DNA of 64,000 nucleotides from an uncultured delta proteobacterium (GCA_963826785.1 CAWGYD010000008.1:320001-384000), one strand, 5' to 3'. Positions 18,171 through 27,640 are shown, counted from the first letter of the stretch. Notes: generated by a model from the sequence alone, not told the origin. Numbers and translations are program-made.

Positions 18171-21046
18171 TTATTCGGTTACCGGCAGGTTCGGATACTC
18201 GTCGGTGACAGGGTTGAGATTGCTTTCCGGCCCCATGCTCCATTCGAACCAGGAACTGTCGAAATTGCTGATCTGAGGGTAGCCCATAATGTAGGCACTA
18301 AACCAGGCCAGGCTGGAGCGCCAGGCCGTGCCGCAATAAAAGCTCAGATGCTGATCTGTCGTCAGTCCCTGAGAATTCCACCAGGGATAAATCTTGTCCG
18401 GCGCAAGCGTGCCATCGTCATTGAGATAATCTTTCATACCGGACGTTCCTGTGCCGGCCTTGCCCCAGACCGCGCCGGGAACCCGTCCGCTGGTGGGGAT
18501 ATAGCTGTAGGGGGCGGTTTTGCCGGTATATTCGTCCCAGGTACGGATATCCACGATCCGGGCATTGTCTATGTCCCCATTGACCACATCGCGCACATAG
18601 GGAATGTCCACCTTGTATTCGGGATGAATGGCGGTGGTGCGGCCGGGATCATCCGGATCAAAAAATTCCACGGGCCTCCGGACACCGGCGATCGTTTCCA
18701 GTTCATATCCGGCGCCGGTCCAGGCGCTCTTGCCGCCATTCAGGAAACGGACATCCTCGACACCTGCGTACATCAGGGTCCAGAGCACACGGGCGGCGGC
18801 CGACGCACTGCCGTAGACAACCACCGTGGTGTTTTTGTCGATTCCCATGTAGGCAATGGCCGGCAGCAGGTATTCGTCCGGATAGATATTCCACCAGTTG
18901 CGCGGGAGCGCGTCGTCCGGGCCGAGTCCCTTGGCGGCATCCTCCTCCTCGGTGGTGCTGCGGTCCCAGCAGGCCGGTTCGCCCGCATCCACGGGCCAGT
19001 CGTTTCTCGGGTTGAAGCAGTCGTACTCGATTTCATCCGTGTTCACCCAGATGGCTTCCGGGACATGGCCGCCATTATAGGAGTCCGGCGCCGGGCCCCA
19101 CCCGGTTTCCACGATCACATAAGGATGTGCCGTCATTGCTGTTATCGATCATCTCCTTAACCCATTTCGCGTCAACCAGTTCTGTCCGTATGTCCCGTTT
19201 CCCTGGGATTGTCGTAGATAGGACCATTGGAACCATCCCGCCGTCAAAGTTGGCGGCCGGCCATCCCAGGAGATAGGCATAAAACGTATACTGGCCTGAC
19301 CGCCACCCCGTGCCGCAATAAAAATACATCTTTTTATCCGGTGAAAAACCGGAATCCTGTCCAGTTCATGCTGCAACTCGGTAAAATCCCTAAGGGACTG
19401 GATGTCGGCGCTGGCCAATGCCACCCAGTCTCCGATCCACTGTGCGGTTTTGATGCGGCCAATTCATTAAAATACTGGTAGTAGGAATTTGAAGAGCCCG
19501 TGAATTCCGCCCAGCTCCCGGTCGTCCACGATCACGGCATTGGTGATTGGTGCCGTCAATGACATCGTTTAAATGTCATCGGTGGTGGCAAGGTACTGGG
19601 GGTTGCCAGGAGCAGCCGCCGAAATCCACCGGGGCCAAGCAGTTTGGTGCTGTCTCCACCCGGTCTCCGCCGTAGGCCACCCAGGCGTCATAGCTGCCGT
19701 TCAAGATCCGGACATCATCGACGCCCGCCAAGAGCAGTGCCCAGGCGATCCGTCCCGCGGTCATCATGCGAAATGTCATCATCCGCATACACCACAACGG
19801 TCTTGTATCTTTGAATCCCCAGGCCGCCGAAAAAGGCTTGGAGTTCCGATGGGCTTTGACATTGCCTTCCTCAGGATACACGTAGCCATCTCCATACTCC
19901 GAATTCGGACCGTTTTCGATGGAATAGGTATCCATGAAAATCGCACCGGGGATATGCCCGTCCGTTGCATAAGGTAGTTCCCCCGATAATCGGATACCGT
20001 TGTTTCGCTATAGCGGGGCTCACCATGAGGTAAACAGGATCACGTATCCATTGCCCGGATAGGTGGGCGGATTTTCCCCCTTGATCAGCGGCATTCACCC
20101 ATCCCGGGTACACCAGCGCCTGGTAGTTCGCAAGCTTCTCCATGGGATAGGCACCCGCATCGGCCGCGGCCCAGTCCCAGATGGAGGCGTCAAAATTGGC
20201 GACACGATCGTAGCCCATCAGCCGGCAGACAAAATAGGCGTAGGCACTGCGGATGCCGGCGGTGCAGTAGGGGACCACCTCCTTGCCCGCTGTGACCCCC
20301 CTGGATTCAAAAAGCGCCTTCATGGCCGTGTAGTCGAGAATGGTCTTGTCCGGGGCGAAATAGTGTTCGTACTGCAGGTGCGCCGCACCAGTGATATGGC
20401 CGCCCCGCTTTTCGCCATAAAGGGTCCAGCCGTTGTACTCCTCGTCGGTCCGGGTGTCGACGATCACAAAATCCGAGTCATTCATCCGCTCGGCGATATG
20501 CTCCTTGTTTGTGACCACGCTGTCATTGACGTCTGCTGCAAATTTTGTGTGCTTTAAGGTTTGGACGGCGGTTTCCGGCGTGTTGCCCTCGGCGATCCAC
20601 TTGTCCCAGCCGCCGTCCAGGATGCGGACATTGGGGCATCCCAGGTACTCGAACATCCAGAACAGCCGTCCGGCGGCCCCCCAGGAGGCGGTGGTGTCAT
20701 CATAGATGATCATCCAGGTGTCGCGGCTGATGCCGGCCTCCCCCAGCTGTGTTTCCAGTTCATCCACCGGTTTCAGATTCGTTTCCGAATCGACAAATCC
20801 CTGCCAGGGCATGCTCAATGCGCCCGGAATATGGCCGGCACTGTAGGCATCCGCGCTTCGGGCGTCCAGTATCACCACGCCGCTTTCGGACAGATTCGAG
20901 GCATTGGCCAGAAGCCCGCCGTTGGGGTATCCTTTGGCCGTGGGATCGACGGTGTGCTTGACGGTGGTGCTTGACTCGTTGCATCCCGCCAGGGCTAAAA
21001 GGGAGAGGCAAATGAAGACAATCCATGACCGTGACTTTAAACGCAT
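18171..21046 (-). CDS. Large rhodanese lipoprotein with three tandem sulfurtransferase units (about 955 aa); middle unit carries many indels
   Basis: Lipobox LLALAG-C; three GH(I/V)P(G/E)A motifs; three catalytic loops YCTAGIRS, YCGTGWRS, YCGTAWRS. Reassembled from ORFs 19871-21046, 19576-19935, 19075-19329 and 18171-19136. Confidence 0.75.
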
Positions 21047-21059
21047 GTGTTCCTCCTTC

Positions 21060-21893
21060 CTAAGGTGTTATCAATATGAGTGCCAGTGTGTAGGTCGTGC
21101 CGGCGGCCGTCCACTCTCCCCAGAGGGAGGGGGTGTAGCTGAACTCGAGGCCCCATTGTTTGCTGACCATGTACCCTGCGGTAACATCCAGCTTGATCAG
21201 GTCGTAGTTGGCCGAAGCGGTGGGATTGCCGAGCAGGTCGATGGAACCGGATTCTGAACCCAGGCCGATGGTGCCGTCCACTTTGACCCGGCCGTAAAAG
21301 TCGTGGCCGAAATCCATGCCGGTCTCCGCCAGGAAGCGGAATTCGTCATCCGGTTCTTCCTGGCGCCAGCGGTAGCCCGCCTCCAGGTTGAAATATCCCG
21401 GCAGCACGGGATACAGCGACCGGCCGTAGAGCAGCCGGACCTCCTCTGCCCATTCCCCGGTCCCTAAAGGAAGGGGGTCGTTTTCATCGTAAAATGACGG
21501 GATCTTCACCAATCCCTGGATGGAGACAACGCCGATTTTGTTTTCCATGAGATTGTACTTCAGGGCGGCATCCACATCGCTGATGCCCTGGTCCTTTATT
21601 TCCAGCAAGTCGTCATCTTTTTTAAGCCACTTATAATAAATGGAGCCGATGAGGGTCAGGCGGTCTGTGACCCCATACTCGCCATAGTAGTTGAGGTTGT
21701 AATCCTTGAAATCGCCGTTGAAGGGGTACGCGATCCGGTCCCCGTCATCGGCATAAAATTTATCCGAATAGTAGTAATTGGCCGAAAGCCGGCTGTAGCT
21801 CCCCCCTTTTGGGCAGGCCCACGCACCGGCAAACGCCCGGGTCGACACGGCCAGCAGAAAGACGGCCGCCCAGAAAACAGCGATTTTTTTCAC
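21060..21893 (-). CDS. Exported protein, probable outer-membrane beta-barrel
   Basis: Signal peptide (MKKIAVFWAAVFLLAVSTRAFA); alternating aromatic beta-strand pattern (NYYGEYGVTDRLTL, YFNLEAGYRWR, WGLEFSY); 13 bp upstream of the rhodanese gene. Confidence 0.65.
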   Translation of the reverse strand: MKKIAVFWAAVFLLAVSTRAFAGAWACPKGGSYSRLSANYYYSDKFYADDGDRIAYPFNGDFKDYNLNYYGEYGVTDRLTLIGSIYYKWLKKDDDLLEIKDQGISDVDAALKYNLMENKIGVVSIQGLVKIPSFYDENDPLPLGTGEWAEEVRLLYGRSLYPVLPGYFNLEAGYRWRQEEPDDEFRFLAETGMDFGHDFYGRVKVDGTIGLGSESGSIDLLGNPTASANYDLIKLDVTAGYMVSKQWGLEFSYTPSLWGEWTAAGTTYTLALILITP

Positions 21894-22247
21894 GAGTTTC
21901 TCTCCTTTGCAGTTTTAGCTTTATCTGTTTATTGACGAATGTGCAGGTCAATGCCGCTGTAGCCGGCAGAAAGAAGGGAAATGAATATCAAAGAAATAAT
22001 CAATTTATCAAATAGAAAATATTAATATATTTTCAACTGATCATTCATTTTTTATTTCGCGGGTGAGGAGATGGGTCCAGGGACTTGCTTAGAATGAACT
22101 ATCCCGCCGGAGGCGACGGGGTATTGATCCACCGTGATTAAAGGATCGACTCATTTATAATTTTAAATTCCGGGCTTTCCCATATCTTGTGATTGCCCAT
22201 TTTAAGGAATGCTGAAGGGCGGCTTGGGATATGTTGCTGCTTACGCG

Positions 22248-23102
22248 TTATGAAATGATATGTTGTATACTTTCTTTATGCGCTTGATAAACTTGAACAT
22301 CTTTCGGGCTCCAGGGCCGGAACCCTTTATCCACATATTTTAATGCACCCCTTGTGAGCATCGGTAGGGATTGAAAGATAAATTTCAGATACGGTCCCCA
22401 GTTTTCGCGCCTAAGCAGGATTCCATCTTTCAGCAAAAGATACAGCTGAAGCCCATAGACCGATATCAATGTAGCCGGCATCCATATAAAAAACAGGGAG
22501 AGGGTCAACAGCCAGGTACGTTTTTCCAAGGCTGAAAACACATCAAAGCACACCGCCTGGTGCTCCAGTTCTTCCAGCGCATGCCAGTTGGTGAAATCAA
22601 TTGCGGCATTTGACTGATCACCCACCCAGATCTTTTGCTTAACAATAAAATCTCGGCTGATAGCGGATGTAAAATGTTCAAACGCAGCAGGCATGGCCAG
22701 TTCACATGTCGGCGGAGAAATCCTGCGCAGCAACCGGATAAAAAATTTATGAAACCGTTCAAACGGACGGATCGCCGGATAACCGCACTTTTCCAACAGA
22801 TCATTGCATCGCATATGCATCAGCGCGTGCCGGCCCTCCTGCCGAATCAGTGCGTCAATGTCGCGGATCAGCCTGGGATCGGTAATCTTATCCGCGTTTT
22901 TTCGGACAATATCGATGACCGTTCTTTCCGAGAGTGGCACCACAATGGAAAGGGCATTCATAAAATGAGAGGTAAAGGGATCTTTCAGCCAGTATTTATC
23001 AACATTTGAAAAGTCAAACTCAGGCCGCCGGGGCTCGATGACAATTTCCTCAGGAGTTGAACTGCATGCCGTTTTTATCGGGGGTATTTTTCTTTCCATC
23101 AT
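22248..23102 (-). CDS. Predicted metal-dependent hydrolase (PF10118-like, ferritin-like EXXH motifs)
   Basis: SHFMNALS, PLSER, QEGRHALMH, FEHFT, WHALEELEHQAVCFDVF. Confidence 0.82.
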   Translation of the reverse strand: MMERKIPPIKTACSSTPEEIVIEPRRPEFDFSNVDKYWLKDPFTSHFMNALSIVVPLSERTVIDIVRKNADKITDPRLIRDIDALIRQEGRHALMHMRCNDLLEKCGYPAIRPFERFHKFFIRLLRRISPPTCELAMPAAFEHFTSAISRDFIVKQKIWVGDQSNAAIDFTNWHALEELEHQAVCFDVFSALEKRTWLLTLSLFFIWMPATLISVYGLQLYLLLKDGILLRRENWGPYLKFIFQSLPMLTRGALKYVDKGFRPWSPKDVQVYQAHKESIQHIIS

Positions 23103-23155
23103 CCTCCCCTTATTTAGAATGAAACAAACAGATTCATTTCAGATCATTAATCTTG

Positions 23156-24199
23156 TCAGCGTTGCCTGAACTTTAAAACCCGTGGATCCATGATTTTACG
23201 CCACAATGGAGGGATCAATGCCAATAAAACCATTCCCGCATATCCAGTCGGAAGTTGGGGAACTTCATCATAATGGCGCAGTAATTGGTAGCTACGGCCA
23301 GGCTTGTAATGGTGGTCGGAATGGCGCTGAATATTAAACAGAAAATGATTGGAAAGCCAGTTACTTGAATTCCAGGAATGCCATGGGCGGACCGGTTCAT
23401 ATTTTCCGGGTGCGATTTCCTTGCGCAGAAGGCCGTAATGTACAACGTAATTGGCGTTTTCAACCAAAATAATGGCAATAAAACTTTGTGCAAAAAAATA
23501 AAAAATACCCATTACCCCGAAAAACACAGCTATGAAGATCGTAAAAGTCGTCTGGGCAAGAAGTGCGACAACCATTGGATTCTCTATGCTCCAGATTGGC
23601 TTATTCTTTTTTTTCATTCGATTTGCTTGAAACGCCCAGGCATTATTGAAACCGCCTGAAATTGTTCGTGGTAAAAATGTGTAAAATGATTCTCCTAAAC
23701 GTGAGGTGGCAGGGTCTTCAGGAGTGGCTACCCGCTTGTGATGCCCCACAACATGCTCTGTTCCGAAATGAATATACAAAACTGTGCCGTACAATATTTT
23801 TGAAAGCAGAGGTTCGAATTTTCCATTTACGCGATGGGCCAGCTCATGTGCTGCACTGAGCCCTAATATGTTGGATGATATACCGACGGAGAGGATAAGG
23901 CCAAATAACTCTACAGCTGACAATTTGCTGTAAGAAACTGCATATGCACCCCATAAAACAACCATTATTTGAATGGGAACACAAAGGACAGGCCAAATTT
24001 TATATCTGATATCTGTTGCAAGTTTTTTCTCTGTTTCCTTAGATGGGTTGAGGGTAAATCTTCCAACAGCAGAGTCCAGCAGCGGTCCAACTCCAAAAAC
24101 CAAGAATGGCGTCAGAAAGGTATAAATTCCTCCCAGCGAATAACCGAAAAAGACTGAAAGCGGTATCAGATAAATTATGGAATAAGATATAACGTGCAT
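23156..24199 (-). CDS. alkB: Alkane 1-monooxygenase (AlkB family membrane diiron enzyme)
   Basis: His boxes AHELAH, EHVVGHH followed by VATPEDPATSRLGESFY, NYVVHYG, HSWNS, QRHSDHH, PQLPTGY, PPLW. Confidence 0.9.
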   Translation of the reverse strand: MHVISYSIIYLIPLSVFFGYSLGGIYTFLTPFLVFGVGPLLDSAVGRFTLNPSKETEKKLATDIRYKIWPVLCVPIQIMVVLWGAYAVSYSKLSAVELFGLILSVGISSNILGLSAAHELAHRVNGKFEPLLSKILYGTVLYIHFGTEHVVGHHKRVATPEDPATSRLGESFYTFLPRTISGGFNNAWAFQANRMKKKNKPIWSIENPMVVALLAQTTFTIFIAVFFGVMGIFYFFAQSFIAIILVENANYVVHYGLLRKEIAPGKYEPVRPWHSWNSSNWLSNHFLFNIQRHSDHHYKPGRSYQLLRHYDEVPQLPTGYAGMVLLALIPPLWRKIMDPRVLKFRQR

Positions 24200-24508
24200 C
24201 CTGGCCGCTGTTCTTTTCTAAAATGAACTTATTGTATCCTGATTTGTAAATACGAAGATAGCTTAGCATCATTTTCAACGGTTATAAAGATTTTAAAAAA
24301 CGATTTAAAGCATGGCGGTGATAGAGGCAGTAGTACTTATTATCCCTGAAACGAATAGCCGATAACCGGCCAGCCCTCCTTTGACTTGGAGCGCCCCAAA
24401 TATTGTGTTATCAATTTTCGAGGAATACTGATGAGATGCAATTGCATGGTGCACAGGTGAGACGATTTTGGGCAGTGCACCTTCTGGCAATGTTATGAAA
24501 GGACCGGC

Positions 24509-24557
24509 GCTAATCAGCCTCACGATTTTTTGTGTCGGCTGATTAGCATCATTGGGC
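24509..24557 (-). repeat. attC-like or terminator hairpin at the 3' end of higA
   Basis: Perfect 11-bp arms GCTAATCAGCC (24509-24519) and GGCTGATTAGC (24537-24547); on the minus strand preceded by GCCCAAT, which resembles the RYYYAAC box. Confidence 0.5.
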
Positions 24558-24851
24558 AGCATGCCCTGACCAAGGCTTGATATTTTTTAGTAGGGGACCA
24601 ATAGTACGCTCCGCAACTTCGGTATCATAAGCAGCTTGTGCACGTAGCCAATATCCATTGGATAAACCAAAAAATCGACACAACCTCAAATCTGTATCAG
24701 CTGTGACCGCTCGTTTACCTGCAACAATTTCGCTGATACGTTGTGCCGGAACATCAATCTCCTTGGCCAAACGGTATTGACTGAGGCACATGGGTTTAAG
24801 AAATTCTTCCAATAGGATTTCACCTGGTGTTATGGGATTAAGTTTTTTCAT
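24549..24851 (-). CDS. higA: HigA family antitoxin (XRE HTH)
   Basis: PITPGEILLEEFLKP...SQYRLAKEI...RISEIVAGKRAVTADTDLRL...YWLRAQ. Confidence 0.92.
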   Translation of the reverse strand: MKKLNPITPGEILLEEFLKPMCLSQYRLAKEIDVPAQRISEIVAGKRAVTADTDLRLCRFFGLSNGYWLRAQAAYDTEVAERTIGPLLKNIKPWSGHAAQ

Positions 24852-24863
24852 AATAGATGCTCC

Positions 24864-25142
24864 TTAATGATAATCAACTATTTCGACTTCTTCAGCGAAT
24901 CCATCCGACCAACGAAAGCAGACTCGCCACTGATCGTTGATGCGAATACTGTATTGACCTGAGCGATTGCCCTTGAGCGCCTCAAGGTGATTTCCAGGTG
25001 GCACTCTCAAATCATCAAGACAATTTGCAATTTCGAGTTGCCTGAGTTTTCGCCTGGCAACATTGGCAACATTCACAAATTTCTTTACTTGTCGGCCTTT
25101 AGAGAGTGCTTCAGTGTATTCACATTTAAATGATCGGATCAT
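24864..25142 (-). CDS. higB: HigB/RelE family toxin
   Basis: MIRSFK...RKLRQL...DLRVPPGNHLEALKGNRSGQYSIRINDQWRVCFRW...EIVDYH; toxin lies upstream of the antitoxin. Confidence 0.92.
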   Translation of the reverse strand: MIRSFKCEYTEALSKGRQVKKFVNVANVARRKLRQLEIANCLDDLRVPPGNHLEALKGNRSGQYSIRINDQWRVCFRWSDGFAEEVEIVDYH

Positions 25143-25149
25143 GTAAAAT

Positions 25150-25186
25150 ATAATAACGCATCTCATGAATAACGTCAAACGTGATT
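25150..25186 (-). promoter_or_regulatory. higBA promoter (probably leaderless) with overlapping operator
   Basis: Minus strand TTGACG-17 nt-TATTAT-7 nt-ATG; inverted repeat AATAACG-TCAAA-CGTGATT (25168-25186) covers the -35 box. Confidence 0.65.
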
Positions 25187-25703
25187 ATTTTTAACCAACA
25201 TTATCGGACTAATATCGGTGTATCTGGTTTCCTGATAATACATAAAAAGGCTGATTAATGGGGCAAAATGGAATTACAAGGGAAAGCAAGATCCTGTCAA
25301 GCATTACAATCGATTGAAGATTACAAAGGATACCATCCTTGTTATATTTATGACGTTGATGATGATTTTGAACAGGAGTGGGGATATTCTTGGTGACTTA
25401 CATCAATTGGGAGCGGAGAACTATACGTAAAGGAGGTCTCTATTCATTCATGCGATGGTCGTTTGCCAAGTGGCATGCATGCGTTTATACTTATATTTTT
25501 ACTCTTATGGAGATTTTGCATAAATATCAGTACCCGAACGAAAACCCGGATATCGGGTCAGGACCAAGGAAGGCTAAAATTTAAACCACAGGAATACGTT
25601 AAGGGATTTTGAGGATTAGAATTTGTGCCTGACGCAGATATCGGGCGAATAGACGATATTCGTTCAGTCATTATACTTCAATCCATCAGGAAGGGGGACG
25701 GCG

Positions 25704-26507
25704 ATGAAAAAGACCGATTGGCGGATAACGACCTTCTTTATCATCACGGTCGGAATACTGGCCGGCGCCTGCCAGCTGATCGATATCCCCACACGGCTTT
25801 TCCAAATCGGGGCGGGATGGGATGTCGGCACCCCCTCGCTTCCCTACTATGCGTATACGGATCAAAGCCTTGACCAGCTGAATGCTGAAATGGAAAAGGC
25901 AAACCTCAAGGTCACCCTTGCCGACACCTACCGGGTGGCTTATCAAAAAAATTTTTCCAAGGCACTTCCCTCCGGGGACACCGGGCAGCGGGTGAAGAAC
26001 ATCCAGGATGCCACCGTCTATTTCCAGCGGCTGCTGGCATGGGCGGGGATGCCGGAGGCGGACAAGTATATTTTGACGACTATGGATTCCGTAGATTCCC
26101 GGTACACGCTGTTTGCTGCCGTTTACCGGCCCATCAAAGTCATCGCGGTCAGGGACAAGTATCACCCGGAGCAGAAGCTGACCCTCACCCCTATGGATCG
26201 AAAATATTACCGCCCCTATCGGTACGACATCGACAAGAATCGGATGGATGTGGTGTATGAGTGGTCGGCCCTGCCCAGGGAGTGCTATCAACGGCAGGCG
26301 GATCAGGCCCTGCTCCTGGCCCTGGCGGCCAACCAGGTGCTGGCAAAGAAAATTGAACCCGAGTATTGGGAGGAAGAGCAGAAATGGATGGAAAACCGGG
26401 TCGAATCCGTTCTGTTGGCCCAGGACGAAACCGTCTGCCGGATCATGGGGATCGACAAGGGTTTCATGGAGAAAGACTCACCCTATCATCCTCGCAAAAA
26501 TCCATGA
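25704..26507 (+). CDS. Hypothetical lipoprotein
   Basis: Lipobox ILAGA-C after a hydrophobic stretch; GGGGG RBS; no family recognised. Confidence 0.7.
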   Translation: MKKTDWRITTFFIITVGILAGACQLIDIPTRLFQIGAGWDVGTPSLPYYAYTDQSLDQLNAEMEKANLKVTLADTYRVAYQKNFSKALPSGDTGQRVKNIQDATVYFQRLLAWAGMPEADKYILTTMDSVDSRYTLFAAVYRPIKVIAVRDKYHPEQKLTLTPMDRKYYRPYRYDIDKNRMDVVYEWSALPRECYQRQADQALLLALAANQVLAKKIEPEYWEEEQKWMENRVESVLLAQDETVCRIMGIDKGFMEKDSPYHPRKNP

Positions 26508-26524
26508 TGCGTCTATCTGCGGCT

Positions 26525-27556
26525 TCAATCGCGGATATGCTTTTCACGCAGCCGTTCGGATAGTTTTTTGACCGCCTGGAATCCGTTTTCCACTGTTTTT
26601 TCGATATCCGGGTTTACCAGGCAGCAGGTGGCCGGTGAAATCAAACTCCGGGAAAGCAGCAGGTCCCGGTCGATACCCTTCCTGATCAGCCGTTCCCACA
26701 CGTCTTCAAGCTGCCTTTCCAGGGAGTCGATGTCCTCCTTTTCATAGGGTTCCACATTGGTGGGCACAATCCCCCAGGACAGCACCCCGCCACGATCGAG
26801 AAACCGGGCCACCGATTTCGCATAGGAGGGGAACACCTCTTTGTTGGTGTAAATGTCCAGCGACAGGATATCCAGATCCAGATTGAGCAGAAAGTCCCAA
26901 TCCGGGTTGCCGCACAGGTGAATCCCCCGGGGCCGGTCGATCATGGCAAAAAATGCCTCCATATCGGTTCTGGCCTTCATGTCTCCATATCCGCTCATGG
27001 CTGAAAACAGGAACTGCAGCCCCGGTTCGTCGATGAACATGAAGGCGTTTTCATTTATCTGTTTGAGCCGGTTGAGCTGCACATTGACCCGTTTGGCCAT
27101 GAATTCGAACATGAACGGCCGCACCGTATCGTCGAACAGGATAGGCCGGTCGTCTGCGTCCACCACGTTGAACCCGAAACTGATGGGCCCTTCCAGCTGG
27201 CCCCGGATGGCGGGGCGGTCCGACAGATCCATTTCGAGGAACCGATGGTAGACCGCCGAATACTGCCGGCTGATGTCGAAGATGTCAGGGGAGTCGAACC
27301 GGGCCAACACATCCTCGAATTCTTCGATAAACTTCTCCATGGAAAAACGCAGGGTCCTTTTTTCCATATCCAGTAAAATTCCCGGGAAATGCTCCGCGGC
27401 CTGGACATACATGTCCTCGTAGTAGGACAGGCGCGGCAGCTGCGGCCAATAGGGGATGTCCATGGACAGAGCCACTTGCAGCGCCCGTTCAACATCCGTG
27501 TGGGGCATGACCGCCATGGCGGTGGTGAGAAGATTTCCGGGGATCAGGGCTGCCAT
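26525..27556 (-). CDS. Core (folate-independent, MesB-like) methionine synthase family protein
   Basis: MPH, IPYWPQLP, EDMYVQ, RGQLEGPISFG, FIDEP, Zn-ligand-like GIHLCG and SPATCC, SWGIVP. Confidence 0.65.
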   Translation of the reverse strand: MAALIPGNLLTTAMAVMPHTDVERALQVALSMDIPYWPQLPRLSYYEDMYVQAAEHFPGILLDMEKRTLRFSMEKFIEEFEDVLARFDSPDIFDISRQYSAVYHRFLEMDLSDRPAIRGQLEGPISFGFNVVDADDRPILFDDTVRPFMFEFMAKRVNVQLNRLKQINENAFMFIDEPGLQFLFSAMSGYGDMKARTDMEAFFAMIDRPRGIHLCGNPDWDFLLNLDLDILSLDIYTNKEVFPSYAKSVARFLDRGGVLSWGIVPTNVEPYEKEDIDSLERQLEDVWERLIRKGIDRDLLLSRSLISPATCCLVNPDIEKTVENGFQAVKKLSERLREKHIRD

Positions 27557-27640
27557 TTTGCCTCCTGTTTCCTGTTGATCAAATGGTCAATTGTGAATGG
27601 TGAGATCCAAAAAGTGTGTTCCGATTTGTTTCTCTCGGCA

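Noticed and set aside
20015..20030. In-frame TGA (TCA TGG TGA) in the rhodanese middle unit as possible selenocysteine
   Set aside because: It does not align with a catalytic Cys, lies in the indel-dense segment, and a TAG follows four codons later in the same frame
25190..25260. ATTATCGGA...TCCTGATAAT imperfect repeat upstream of higB as attI/attC
   Set aside because: No properly placed GTTRRRY core and no adjacent integrase; too weak to call
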